A stretch of 64,000 nt of DNA from Laetmonice hystrix (GCA_965235115.1 OZ249452.1:13392001-13456000), one strand, 5' to 3'; positions 12,601-27,600 are shown, counted from the stretch's first letter. The notes: generated by a model from the sequence alone, not told the origin. Program-made: numbers and translations.

Positions 12601-15600
12601 CCATCACGAGAAGGTCAACACAGAGTGTTTGACCTTTAGTTTCGACCGTCATGTCATCCAGGCTTCCGAGACGACGGCCCAAACTATGACGTCATATCAC
12701 TGAAGCGTACAGGCGAACGTATATTATAATACGGTATATTCTTAGATTAAAAAAGTATAATCTCAGTCATTGATTGTGATAGATTAGACGCCTGGGCACG
12801 CGCCTCCCTGTCACTTACTGAAAACATCTAGTGTCACTCACTCGCAGTACACACAAAGGTCAATCGTATACTCAAGATAAACATCACTGAAGACATCTGT
12901 CTTTGATATGCTGTGAGANNNNNNNNNNNNNNNNNNNNNNNNNNNNNNNNNNNNNNNNNNNNNNNNNNNNNNNNNNNNNNNNNNNNNNNNNNNNNNNNNN
13001 NNNNNNNNNNNNNNNNNNNNNNNNNNNNNNNNNNNNNNNNNNNNNNNNNNNNNNNNNNNNNNNNNNNNNNNNNNNNNNNNNNNNNNNNNNNNNNTTTTGT
13101 ATGCTTTCACGCTGCAGAGCGCCTGCTCTTTTGTCCTGAGGAGCCTCTATTTTAGTTCAAAACTACAACGGCCTTATTTTTGTAAAAAAGGACATGCATT
13201 TGCTCGCTAGGAACACGCTATACAAAGTCCTGCAAATTGAAATACAGGATCTTAAATCGATTTTTACTGCATTGGTGCATTATGTGGTTGTTGTCCTGCC
13301 CCGAGCCTAAAAAGTTTAGAAGTAGCCTAGGTCCCATGGTCTGACAGATGCAAGCTTAAGAAACGCGGATGCAACCTCTACCCCGCAGAAGCTCTTGCAT
13401 TGGAACTGGCCGAAGCCAACCCGGTTCCCAGAGGACCTAGAGCTTGGTGTTTATCAAAGAAGAACCTTTGCCCTTCTCAGAGAGGGGCCCCTCTTTTCCC
13501 TGTCTGATCATATTGCACGGGCAGGTGCCTGGGAGGCCCAAGTATCTGACCACAAGCCTCTCACCCCAATTGAGGCGACCAACGCCCTCTGATTCGACAA
13601 TCCATCAAGTGCGGCTCCTAAGGCGTCAGCAACACCTTCTCAAGAACCTCAGACGCGCTTTGTCTCATGCCCCCGCTCGGGCGACAGGCGACCCTGGGGG
13701 TCACCTCATAGTTCTAGCTAAGGCCCCGAGTTGTGTAACTATACCCGACCCCTTGACCAGGGTTCTCCCGCCCCCAGTGGCCGTCTGCTATTAACGTGTA
13801 GCCGGGCAGGAGACAGGAACGCGGGTATTTTGGAAGCCTAGTCTGACCCGAGCAGAGGACGCACACCCTAACGTCATTTGTCAGTGTCAGCCATGACCAG
13901 TGGAGCATGACGTTCAGACCGGTCCTGGCCTCCGAAAACTTCGACACGGCGCGGTGCTGAAGTCATTACACCTATTATCGCCCACGATGGAAAAAACATG
14001 CACTTCAAACATCAAAGTCTCGTCATCGCGAGACTGAGCCTTGGCGACATGAAGCCAAGGTGGCATCCCGGCCGACGGGATGCACTTGCTTGTGTGCGAT
14101 TGTCCTCTCTTTACCCTACAATAATAGTTCAATTATAGTCTACCTATCTGTATGAAATTTTATCAGAGACTATGTTTGGCGCATGAATATTAGCCCATAT
14201 TAACATGGCGCCTGGGGAAGCGACTTAGGACTTAGATTTGACAGACAATTTGCAGCGGTCGCCATCTTGTCCTCGAGTTAGCGTTTCCCTTTCACCCCAG
14301 CCGGTCACACAGGACTGTACATACCCCAGATACACTACCGCCCAGCGGGGCGGCCTATTAACACTGCACTTCATGAATGGCCTGCCCCACTCGTGACCCC
14401 CTGCTGTCGGCGGGTTCAAGGACATAGTACAAGGATTGTCCACATCTGCCGCCAGGTGGACACACGTATCGGGCTGCGGGTGGGTGTTCGAGTGGGAGTC
14501 GTGCATGATATCACGTGAGGTTACGTAGCCAATACGCCCCTGCCGAGTGTTACGTTACAGACCCTGGCCTGGCTAGGACGACCAGGTGTAACACGCCCAT
14601 TCAGGTCAAACCTGAGAACTGTAGCGTTACATTTCCCTGTCCAAACCCAGGTGTAGGTAATGCTGAAACTCTTAGTTCTAACGCCCTCTCTCATATTGCG
14701 GGGCCGACAACGTATTCAATGATATACCAAACAGTAGCCTGTTGCTGAATAGAAACTGTTTGTTTATTTTGAACAAGGCTGTACTGTCTGCCATTTTTTG
14801 AGTTGAAAGGTGTCTTGTTGTGGCCTCTTCATATTGAGGCGACGTCCGGGCACTGGGAAGGCAGCCCAATGCTGCAACTAGCGATAAATTTATTGATCGA
14901 CAAGTCAGCGTCGAGATGGACCAAACAGAACGCTCCATGTCTGAGCCCCCCTCCACTTACACATGTTACACACATTACATACACCTGCTGTATGACTCGA
15001 ACAGGGAAAAGGGGGTGGCCTCCTCGGTAATGACCGAAAATATTTAAAATCCAAAATCTGACCTTGTAACGAAGTCCTACCAGACGTAGGCCTACTCTTT
15101 GACGCGCGAAAAATTAGGTATAGAGAGCCGATCGATTTCAACGGGTTGTGGACGATCATAAGTACTGAGTCGGAAGTGTGGTCTTCTGCAAATCGGTATA
15201 ATTAATGGATCATGTCAATTACAAAAGAGTTTTAGTGGCCCATAGAACATTTTTAATTCACAGAGGAAAAATAAAATTTTGTTAGGGAAACTGTTTTTGT
15301 GCACGTTACAGAGATTCCTGTGATTCTCTTGTTGGGGTCGTCCATTTTGAGGAGCTTTACCCGAACCTTCTGCCGTCGGGTTTCTTTGGTCGGGCTCGGC
15401 TATCCACACCACCATGTTGACTGTGAAAATATTTGTCAATCGATGTGCCGAGACGCAGGCTCAGCGAATGGCGGGCGCGAGTTGGTCGACCTCGTGACTG
15501 GTCGGAAAGTTACGTAATACACAGACGGTATTGATCGCAACCCACGCATGCGCAGAGACTTGGGTATATAAAACCTGGCTCGGTCCATTGTGCTTAGGTT

Positions 15601-18600
15601 GAAGTCGCAGTTCACATGACAACGCTTGGATACCAATGTCCTTGTCCTACATTATCGATCAGTTACTAATGGTAGGCCTATGGAGGTACGGTATAATTCA
15701 GCATATTGCCGCGCTATCATCAAGCGAGCGATAATGAAGGTTAACATAACACATTTCCACCCAGAAACAATGAAACGAAATGTTTCTCTCTTTGTGACGT
15801 CAGAGCTGTTTGCCGGTTTCACCACTACAGGCGTTCGTTTTGATCTGTTCTGTGACGGGATGGTGGGGTAAAACCTTTATGATGACCTTTACAATGGTCA
15901 ATAACCCCCCCCCCCCCTCCCACTACACAACACAGAACTATAACCCCTCACCCCTCACCTCCACCAGTAAATAATTCATAGGCCATGACTGGGGGCAGGA
16001 ATCCATGCTGACATTTCTCGTCTGCTTCCTGGATTAAACATTGATCCCGGATAAAATGCAGGTTGCTAAACTCGGGAATACATTTACATAAAATGACCGG
16101 TGGACTTTCAGCCATAATGCAAAGCGAGTGGCTGACCGGGAGAAATTGATCGGGATGGTTTAGTCAGGCATATTCAGAAACTCATCACTGAAACTCCAGC
16201 AGCTGTAACTAATATCACCTCCACAGAGGGTAGCAGACCTGAAGGTGAAGCGAACACGCACCTCTTGGCCACCCTCCAACAACCATAATACCGTGTGCAC
16301 CAGGCATGTTACGATTATAAGACATAATCCCATGGTGCAGACCAAGACAAAGGTTTGGGTGTATTACCGATCGCCCCCACCACCATACAGGTGCACTCAG
16401 GTGACCAACGGTCAAGGGATTGACTGACCAGTCGTGATGGTAGTGTTGTTGTTCGCCCACTCCCCACCCTTTTCCTAATGGTTAAAGGGTTGTGTTTTTT
16501 TGTGTCTCTCTTTCCGACTGCCTGCATGTTGATTACCTGTTGTGGAATACACTGAGGGCCGGTATCTGGAACTGGAGTATTGGTGATTAGACCACCATAC
16601 TGATAGAAAAACTGGTTGTATGTATACACAAGATGTAAATAAGTTCCTCTGTGAGAACTTCCTTGACTAAAACAATGTACAAGCGAGATACATATCAAAT
16701 CAAATCAATGCTGTGCGGCCCTAGGAGAGCCTCTGAACAACACGTTTCAGGTCTCAGAGCTAGTTTTGGTGGCTCGTAGTCTGAAGTCTTGGACCCGAGA
16801 GAGGTGGCTGACCGTACCAGGCCATCCGTGTGGTCACAAATAGTTCCCCCTTACGTCAGACCAGACGACCACCGTCCAGGTCAAACCCGGTTCACGTTAC
16901 GTCACAACAAAAACCGTTATACTCGACCTGATCCCATCTTAAATAGCTTGAACCTTGTACATAAGTCATTCACAACATCGCTGCCTTGAGTTTTCACTGC
17001 TGAAGACGGCATCTATATCGATTTATGTTGCCTCCTAGTTTAGTCGGAGACGGTTGTTACCAAAACACAGATAGGATAAGATTCCTGTCGGTAAACTAAG
17101 ATAAAGACCAGATTTGACAAGTTTGATACATGTTTAAATGTAAACTCCCGAGGGAGTGCTACATCCCGGACCAGCCCTCGTCTAGTATTTGCTCGGCTGG
17201 TTTCTAGCCAACACCACCCGCCAGGCCTGCACTGTTTAGTGGATATCGACAACATTCAGCTCGATAACAGCTTTTAGCGATACGCTAGGGTCAGGGAAAG
17301 GTCACCAAGTGGTGAAGTGTCTTTTGTGGATGAGATCTTTTCCTCCAAGAAGAAGTTAGAACATTTAGATAAATTATTACTTTATATGTCAGCCAGCATG
17401 AAGGAAGCGTAAAACGAGTTCCAGATTTTAAAAAAAGATTAAGTCAAATCCGAAATACCTTTTAGAAGCTTATAGTGCAATCCCCAGTGAAGTGGAATAT
17501 CGAGTTCATAAACTATTTTTTATCCATCTTATGATGCATATCATCATGCCATAAAAGCAACGCACGAATCGGTCACTGTGAATGGGAATTTCTGATGTGC
17601 AAGTTCAGTTGTTTGAAGTCCTCGATCAATTTGAGCTGATGTTCATTTAACTTTGGCTACTTTTCCTTAGATGATACCACTACTTTGCTAGTAGCAATAC
17701 ATTAGGACTCGCCTTACGACTGAGATTCTGTTACTAATTGTTTAATACAATGCTGTGACGGTCAGATTCAACAACCCCTATTATCGCCCAGGTATCACCA
17801 GTGTAGACCGAAAGGACTCCCTCTGAGCGGGATCATATTACAGGAGTTCATAAAAGGGTATGGCCCCTGTGGGTGGGTACCAGGGCGGTAGCGGGTGGGG
17901 TAGCGGATCGAGACCCCCTGTCGGGCCCGCCCGGCCGCCGTGTGGAAGGAGTAGCCGGCCAGCCCGGGAGGTCAGATTTCAAGGGCATTCAGTACAGGTT
18001 GAGGTGAGCCTTGAGGAAGGTTTCAGATCAAGTATGAATGGGCTGGACATGGAGGTGACGAATCCTAGGGTTAGTTTGGAGACTACCAACTTAATCCTGG
18101 TCACCTTTAAAACATGAGTGTCAAGGCGCGTATCTGGAGACTACTACCTCAATCCTTGTCACCTTGAAAACATGAGTTTCAAGGCGCGTACCTAGAGACT
18201 ACTACCTTAATCCTTGTCACTTTTATAACATGAGTTTCAGGGCGCGTACCTGGAGACTACTACCTTAATCCTTGTCACCTTTAAAACATGAGTTTCAAGG
18301 CGCGTACCTGGAGACTACTACCTTAATCCTTGTCACTTTTATAACATGAGTTTCAGGGCGCGTACCTGGAGACTACTACCTTAATCCTTGTCACCTTTAA
18401 AACATGAGTTTCAAGGCGCGTACCTGGAGACTACTACCTCAATCCTTGTCACTTTTATAACATGAGTTTCAAGGCGCGTACCTGGAGACTACTACCTTAA
18501 TCCTTGTCACCTTTAAAACATGAGTTTCAAGGCGCGTACCTGGAGACTACTACCTCAATCCTTGTCACTTTTATAACATGAGTTTCAAGGCGCGTACCTG

Positions 18601-21600
18601 GAGACTACTACCTTAATCCTTGTCACTTTTATAACATGAGTTTCAAGGCGCGTACCTGGAGACTACCACCTTAATCCTTTGTCACCTTTAAACCATGAGT
18701 TTCAAGGCGCATACCTAGACACTACTACCTTAATCCTTGTCACTTTTAAACATGAGTTTCAAGGCGCGTACCTGGAGACTACTACCTTAATCCTTGTCAC
18801 TTTGATAACATGAGATTTAGATGGGTGCATGTCACGGAGTTATCATGGCGGCTGTTGGTCAGTTTGCTGAAACCAGCTGGTTTGATGCAACAGCAGGAGC
18901 GCCTGCAGAAGTCAGCTGCAATACGTCAGTTGCAACAAGTCATCCAAATGTAGGTTTTGGTCAGGGCACTGGTGTAAAAACGTTAGGGTAGGGGTTACGC
19001 CAGTTAAGAGTGGTAAACTTAATAGACATCCCCCTTTTTAATACCGAATACAACAGTCAGCGCATAGTCGTAATAAGGTGAGGGGACCGCAGTTAGCAGG
19101 ACCTCTAGAATTTAAATACTATAGCCAATTAACATATTCAACGCCTGTACAATATAGCCATAGAGAGGAACACAACAGGTACCATAAAACGTCAGGGAAT
19201 AAATGACGGAGGACAGAGAAGGAACGATTTGGGTGAACAGGTCGAGCAGACAATATAAAGGGTAGTATCCAGAACCAGTTTAATTCCATTGAGATTGAAT
19301 TAGATGTTACACGCCATTAGTTAGTGCTTTATCACAGCAATTTCAGCCATCTTTCAGCTCGTCTCTTCCAGGAGAACTCATCCAGTGCCAGAGCTTACTA
19401 CCGAGATCCAAACTCAAAACTTTCCGATAAAGGAGCTTTGTCTGTCAATGTTTAGAAATGTTCCGTCAGATTTGGTTCCTGGAAGCTCCATTGTATAGTT
19501 ATAATATCTCGGGTAGCAGTCTCAGGTTGCATCAAGTGTATTTGCAATCTCAGACGTATTCTCTCAATGTATACCATTCACATGACCCATTGAGGACATG
19601 ATCCGTTACTGTTCAAAGTCCATCACAACGCGAGTTGATCGAACATCACAGAAGTAGGCTTCGTCCACGCCATATGATACGAAGTCCATATACAATCGAC
19701 CACCAACCACCCCACCATGTGCCCTGCTTGACCCACACTGAAAATGTGGGCCGTGACACATTTCTCTGTTCTGTATGGGCGGTTGGCTTCAGAAGTGCTG
19801 CATTATCGCCCATGATCACAAACCACGGCAAAAAATCGGGAGAATCGAGCATTAACATTTTGAAAACTGCGGAGGAACGTCGGGATGTGCCACTTGTTTA
19901 AATGCCATGGGAACGTCCCCGCACAGCCGTTTTTCCTCTCATTGCTCATAAAGAAATAAAGAAATCCCAAACATACTATACCTGGAATCAATGGGACTGT
20001 CCTCAGAGGTTGTTGATAAATGCACTTGAAGGTGGAGCCTGTATAAGCAGCAGCTGGCCTGCCAACCCCGTATTGTATTGACGACGTGTTTGTTACAGGG
20101 TGGTCAGTGTGAGTGTATACGTTGACAAGGTCAATGGGAGAGGCTGAGGAAGGGATGTACTTGGTTAATAATATTATTCTTAAACTCTGTCGGGAGGGTC
20201 TGTGAAAGATGACTACAAAACAGGGAGACAAAGGGTAGAATGGCGAGTGATAATGAAAGTCATTTGGCGAGCGGTGTTGAATGCACAGTGGTGTGCATTC
20301 AACACCTTTACCGAGTTGTCTGTCGTATAGTCGCACAGGTGGCCTTGTCTGGCATCTTATATCAGAGGTTCGGTTCCATTCAACGATGGTTTGGAGAACA
20401 GTGGTTTGGGATATTTGGGCTGGGGATGTGACAGTGCTGTCAGCGATGAGACATGTGCGATGGACAGGAGGTAGTTATTGTAAGGAGACACATTGATTGT
20501 CATTGTAACACTTCAGAATTAAGTGTTGAGCGCCCCAAATAATGCCTGATGTTTGTATTGGTGTCCCTCTCTATACTAAAGTTTATCTTCCATTCTGATT
20601 GAAGTATATTAGCTGGACCTTGTACCTGAGCAGAGATATACATTCCCAGGAATAGAAACCAGGGATAGAAATTTTTTGAGAGAGATTGTTTTTCTCCAAA
20701 CATTATGATATATTTCACAGCCTGCTCTATAATTTGCCCTTGGCAGTGGTATATTTTAAACTCACGTCCTGTTTCTGAGGACCACGATTTGTAATGGGTT
20801 CTACTCCTTGGCCCAGGAAAGAACGTTAGGAAGCGGTCATTCGGTCCACTGAGGTGGACTGACCGGTGGTCAAGGGGGCTCCAAGCTGACCCAAACACTT
20901 CAAGGGTTGCCTAGGGGTCTGGCACGAAGGGAACCCCCACCACCGAGCCTTCCAAGGCTCAGATGTCGCCAGGTGCGGTGAGACCCTGAAAGGACTCAAA
21001 GAAACACGGAAAACCGAGGAGTTTTACCGTACCCTTGTTTGCATAATCCACTGGACTAAAACTTCTCCACCCTTGGCCCGTGCCAAAAAGAGCTATCGGA
21101 ACAAAAAGAGATTGGTATAAGGGTGAGAGACCAATGGGTTTTGGTCAATGAAGGGACGACCATCTGGGCGACCTCCAGCCTCTTGTATAGTTAATGAATG
21201 ATGGTCAGTCTATGGTCTGGGCCGTGTTGACCACTGTGGTCAAGGGTGAGTAAAGGCGTTAAAAATGGTAAATAACCCGTTAATAAAACAACATTCAGAT
21301 TAGGCTTCAAAGAGGACTGCCGTGAGCAGCTGGTAGGCTTCCGTGAGCAGCTGGTAGGACTGGGGGTTGGTCAGTGCAAGGCAACAGGGCGAACAGCCTC
21401 AGCGGAGTCGTGTGATTCATACCGCGCGTGAAATCTGTACTGAATTACATAACAATTCTGGCGTCTCAGTTCCCACACACCTCTCTTGGTTAGACTTAGC
21501 AGTATTTTCTTACCGTAATACAAAATTTTCTTACCGTAATACAAAATTTTCTTACCATAATACAAAATTTTCTTACCGTAATACAAAATTTTCTTACCGT

Positions 21601-24600
21601 AATACAAAATTTTCTTACTGTAATACAAAATTTTCTTACTGTAATACAAAATTTTCTTACCGTAATACAAATTTTCTTAACGTAATACAAAATGTTCTTA
21701 CCGTAATACAAAAGGAATGACAAAAAAGTGAGATATCTACTTCATCTGAACATAACTACAGTATACTTCTTTTCCATAATCTGGTGGCATTCGAGTACAA
21801 CACATCTGGGGCTGCTTTATTGAACTTGGGCATCAGATTTATAATAAGTTTAGCTGTGATACCATGGAAATACCTATCCACGTATTTCTTTGGCGCCACG
21901 TACTGTATAGGTCAGAGATCTATTATAGGTAGGTCCGGTGAGTTATGTAGGTTTGAATGACGTAACCCACGTGTTGTTTATCAGGGCCGGGGCGGTACGA
22001 CCCGCTGGGAGGGGCGTGGTTTCCATCACTCAGCCAGCCTGATTGGAACACCCCACGGTCTCCATGGTAGCCACGTATCCATGGAAGCCACGGGCGGCAT
22101 CAGCAGGCTTCTGCTGGCCCTGGAGACAGGGGCCGAAGCTATACATCCGCCTGGCCAGGGCGGTGTAACAGCATGGTATCTCCCCTAGTAACAAAGATAG
22201 GTCGACTTGAAGCCAGCCATGACCGTTCTAATGGGTCGTTATCATGCCAGCCTGGCTGGTGGCCTCCCAAGAACTACAGCCGAGAATGTCTACAGCTCCC
22301 AGGCCCCTGCTTGCCTTTCCTGTAAAGAATTTAGCGCTGGACACGATGAGACCCTAGACGGGTTGGCAAGCCCTCGTCCTGGCATGTAGTGTTCCTTGCC
22401 AGCAAAGCCGTTATCATTGTTGCCGATAGTACACGCGCACCAACTCGTCCATATGGTTATCTAGTGAGTATTTCGGAAGAAGAGAACGGATAATGGAAAG
22501 ATAGATAAGTGTAGCAAGATAAAGATATAAGTGGACAGGGGTAAAAATCTCAAAGTAACAACAGAAATGTAAATATTTCTTTCCCATAATGACACCAGTA
22601 AAGATCTAGGAAGAGTCCTTGATTCCAGTTTCTCTCATCCAATCGAATTTAACGAAAATATTCACTGCAACAAATATCAAACATGAGGCGATTTTGTAGC
22701 AACTCGTCCAAGATGAGATGTATTGAGCCTTTTAGTCGACTAGCTTTCCATTGCTGCTTACAATACGTTATCGCGGACAAGGATGGTAAACAAAATTGAG
22801 GATTCAGCTGTGATAGCCATCAAAACAATGCCCCCTTCATACGGTGTAGAGCAGAGGCTTAGAGACATAACTTGACAAGAATATGAACAAGGCTGAATGA
22901 CCCAAACCACTGTAAAACCTTCGAGCATTTCCCGGAATCTGCTGTAGATGAACTCTTGAAACACCTCTATGGCTATTATTCACTGACACAGCTTGACTGA
23001 TAGCAATACTGAATGAATTGAGCTCAAAGTCCACCAAAGACGCGGTTTGAATCAGAAATCAAACTTTGCAAAATGTATGGCAACCTACATGAACCCTTCG
23101 GGCTAATGCTGGGTTGGAGAGGGTCGAAAACAAATAAGATCAAAGAAATGTTATGTGACTTGAACACCAATGTTCTTAAAGAAAAACCACGACAGCGCCA
23201 GGCAGGTTAGCTCAGGAACCAGCCAGGTTGCTGGGACGTCCTGCAGTGGCTAAGTAGGTCAATGTTGATTTATAATGCGCATGCGTGGTGACCGGCTCGG
23301 TGCAGGGGAGCGGCCACAACCGAGCGACACGGCTGAAGCCAAGCCAGTTGGTGGGTGGTGCAGTCTCTGACTCTGTGTCCCATGTAGGCCGACTAAACAT
23401 CAGCCATGGCTTCATAAGAAAAGGCAATCGAAGCCGAATCAACTGGCAAGCCTTCATGTGCAGTAAAACTTTCTTTTACAAAACTATTAAAATGTTATTG
23501 TTAAATGATTGCAATGCTTTGTGCAAAGGAATCTCTTCTTTTGGCCACAGAACATCCCACACCCAGGCAGGCGTACGGCTTACATGAACCGCATTTTAAT
23601 GAATCGATGCCAATCAATATTTCCCTACTGTCCTCAAAACAGAAACTCCGGTGTATTCCTATTTTAGTTTCATGCACCCATGTCCCTATAGTGTGTATAC
23701 GAGCTTCCATACAGAAGCCATACACCCGAGTCCTTGTGGTCTCTGACCGAGTGAAACGACAGGGTTCATGCTCGGTTCAAGGCCTACATTTGCGGCACTC
23801 GGGCCACATACTGGTTTATTTTATGGTCCACAGCGTTTGGGGACCGGGGAAAACACTGGTGTACTGACATATTGGTATGCACAACCCGGGTCGGCCACCC
23901 CATATCGGCCTCAATGGTCGCATACATTGAGCTCAACCTTACAGGCCTACATGTAAATTTACTCACTCGCAACCTGTATATGTTTCTCTGTTTTAACGGT
24001 GGTGTGTGGGCTCCTGTTTGGGGTTCTATATGCTGGGACATAGGAAATATCAGAGAAAGTATACTTGTTATTCTCATAGAGGGAGGCATGGTCAGATAGG
24101 TATGTAAATAACTAAATACAATTGGCACCAACCGTATTCTCATTCTTTCCTTCCCTCTCTACCTCATTCTCCCTCTCCAATTCTCTCTGTCTCTCATTCT
24201 CCCTCTCTAGTTCTCTCTGTCTCTAATTCTCCCCTCTCATTCTCTCTCTCATTCATTAATACACATGGGCCCTTCTGACCTGCACCTGACCGTGCTGTGA
24301 CCTAAGCCGGCCTCCTGAGAATTACATAACCGACGTTGATGCCAGATAACATATTGCCGGTGGATGGCAACCAGACCGAAGTCAGCCGCGGCCAGTACCA
24401 TTGTCGAGTCTCGGCGCCCTCCGACGTGGCTGTTTGCCAACACTAGCCTCCAACTACAGCCGTCAACCTACCGCTTCGACATTACAAGCTATGTATCATT
24501 CGACACAGAACTTATGAAACGCCCTACACATCAGCTACAAATACTGCAAAATGTCACAGACACATGATATCGGCATTAATGATAAGGTGGCGCCTAGTAG

Positions 24601-27600
24601 CAGAGCATGTATTCCTTATTCGCCGACACTTGATTGCATTACATGTGCCTGTCGAATCAATCCGGTGCTTGGCCCGCGACCTCTTGATGGTAATATTGAG
24701 CGAGCCGATGACGTAATGAGTATGTATGACGTAATAAGCGCTGAGGTGAACAGGAGGTCAACAAGGGTTTGTGTCAATACAGGTGTGTGCCTGTTATATT
24801 TGATCTTCTGAAGCAGGTAGATATGCTTCATGGACCATGAAAGAAACTTCAGACACTCCTTGGTGTAAACAACCTATAACACTGAGAAAATCCTCTAGAC
24901 TTAATGATGTATGCTCATTCAGGATGACGGAACAGTTTAAATTTTGATAAATTAGAAAATGAGGATTTTGGCAAGTCATTCCAATAGCTCTTACGTATGA
25001 ACCAACCCACAAATTGCAAACCTAGAATGGTAGAGAGAGAGAGGCCAAAGCGTGACTAAGTGGGAGGTGTTACGCGGTAGATTCTGGCCAGTCGGAATCC
25101 CAGTTCACATTTGCTGAAATCTAATTGCCTTTTGCCGCCTCCGTCCTTCCTCTGAGGTGGTAACGGTAAGACCCAGTCTCCACCCGCCGATTACGTAACA
25201 CCGGATTACGTAATCAGCATATGCGCGGTTGGTCGATAATACGAGACCTAAGTTCACTAGGGGTTGGTGCGTCTATCGAAGTAAATAGCAAAGGGTCTTC
25301 CAGTATTCACCTCTCACACAAAGAATTATGTCAGATAATAGTCATGCTGTATTGGTGAATCCTGCTATAATTGCGTTTTCACCATGTGCCAAAATCGTGT
25401 AAAGCCTCTTAAAAGCTGATGACGAATAGTGGAAAGTGGCGATTCCGAATGCAATGAACTCGTCCAATCACAAACACAGAATCCCTGGCACAGTGCCGTC
25501 TGCATTCTGTGCCAGGGGCTGCCATTTTTCTCCGCTAGAGGGACCCAGTGTGTCTCTCTCCCTCTTTGTAAACAAACATGGTGGGTATGGTGAAAAGTTC
25601 ACGGCCTAGAGACAGGAAGCACATATAGCCGGGGCCGGGCGCGCGGATCACTCGCCATTTCCCTGACCCAAGATCTGCCAGAGGTCCAGTCGAACTGGAG
25701 CACGCAAGGTCATAGAAACAGGAACGGCAATCGGAGCGTTCCGTAGCGATCAAGCAGACGACTTTTGAACAGCGCCGGTGGCCAAGGCTTGCAGTGCGCT
25801 CGCCATATAATCAGCTGGGTTCACGGATTTATATATAAACGGGCGGCGAGGAACGTGAGGAAAGGAGTGCCCTAAAGAATGAACGTCTTTGGTGAGATTC
25901 TTAATCTATGATAACCAACAGCAAACGCAAAGTATACATCGTAAGAGTCCTTCCAGCCCCGTGCCCGGCAGTTGACCTCTGAGCTAGGGGAGTTGAAATG
26001 GAACGTCCTCTCTCTGTTGTTTTTCTTCACCTTGAGTCGGTCGTTCATATTCCATATTATCAAGCTCAATGTAAAGTTACTGCGGCTCATTCCGACTTTT
26101 TGAAAAGTTTTAATCGGTGGCTGGAAGTTATTAAGTTATTAACGTACATGTGTATTAAGTTCCAGCAAGTCGAAGGGTGTGTAGCATCGTCTGTAGTGGG
26201 CCACCCGTTTACATTGGAACCTTTTAAAAAAGAAAACCAGAATTTACTGGCTCCTCAACAAGTTCCTTGTTCTACAATTTTTACTGCATATTTCTGTGAA
26301 TTCTGAAGTTATTTTTGTGTGTGTGGTTGGCACTTAAAGTTCAAGAAGGGGTATACCAAGACAAGGCGTGTGCCTGGCAAATGAAATGCCCGGATTCAGT
26401 AGCATAAAGTTATTTTAAAAGTTATGCAAGTTCAATGCCTATATCAATTAAGTCGCAAAAATAAAAAGACGCTTTCTATTAGAGGCAATAATAATTGTTA
26501 CATTGGACATGTCTGTCATTTGAGTTTTTGGGCATAACCTTTTGACAAAGCAGTTCTTTCATTTTCCCCATCCCATCAAAAAGCAAGAGGCGCCAGAGAG
26601 AATCTTGTGCTATTCTTATCGGTCTTTTGTTGTTGCCGTTTCATTAGAAAGCACCTTATCCCAAGTGGGTAGACTTGTCCTGTCCACAGCACGGGTTCCC
26701 CAGACGTTAATGACACGGTTGGACTGGGGTCCACCACTGTACACAGGGCGGCCGGTAAGTGGCCCGTTTCCCCCTGGGTCGAGATTTCAGTAATTAAGTT
26801 GGTGCCACGTTCACTTTCAACCTTGACCAGGTCATAATATGCGGGCCCCTCAAGACTTTCTCCTCGGTGGCGTGTCGGCCAAATGTAATGGGTGTTCTGA
26901 TGGATGTTTGGACAAATTCCTCTTGATGGCTGACTATTTGGCCATTCTGAAATCAAATTGACTCCTAAGTCGCCAGGGGTATGCATCAGGATATGAATTT
27001 TAGAGACACAGTTGCAGGTTCGTAGCTACAAGATGACAGTACCCCTAACAGGCCTTTGACAGTCCCATATGGGACACCCAGAGAAGCCAATGCAATTAGA
27101 GACTTCTCCCGCATTCCCTCATGTAATTCCCTAAAGATTAGCAAGGCTAGATGAAGATTAGTGTTCAGAGCTGATCTTGAACTGCTGTTCATGCACATGA
27201 ACGATCTCTGCTGAACATCGGCCAGGTTGGGTCTACCTCTTATCACTGCATGTGTTTATCATCCAAGGTGGATACATGGATACATCTTTCTCCTGCAGGG
27301 AATGTCATAATAATTATCAAGGTCAAAGTCCCTATTAATTGTCAACGTGTCAGTCTTGAATTATGAGCACGTAGACGGAGTTTTATGTCACTGGGGATGC
27401 CAGGGGGAATTATTGTGTTGGTATACTGCACACTCTAGTATGCATGGTTGTTGGTTGGTGGCAGTATTGGCAATTCTCTCTCTGGCAAGAGAATGAAAAG
27501 GCCTTGCTCACGCATAACATTGGGAATTAGAATAATTATGAAAGAGGTTTGCATGGAATATGATTCATTGTCCTCAACCACATTGGAATAGGGATGTTCA

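Noticed and set aside
12838-13155. ORFs around the second gap
   Set aside because: Mostly X residues from the N run.
18079-18814. Regular repeat array as a CRISPR locus
   Set aside because: Units are contiguous with no unique spacers, and the context is a eukaryotic intron.
21367-21723. Repetitive ORFs (NTKFSYR)n / (YYGKKIL)n
   Set aside because: Translations of a 21-bp minisatellite; no splice or start support.
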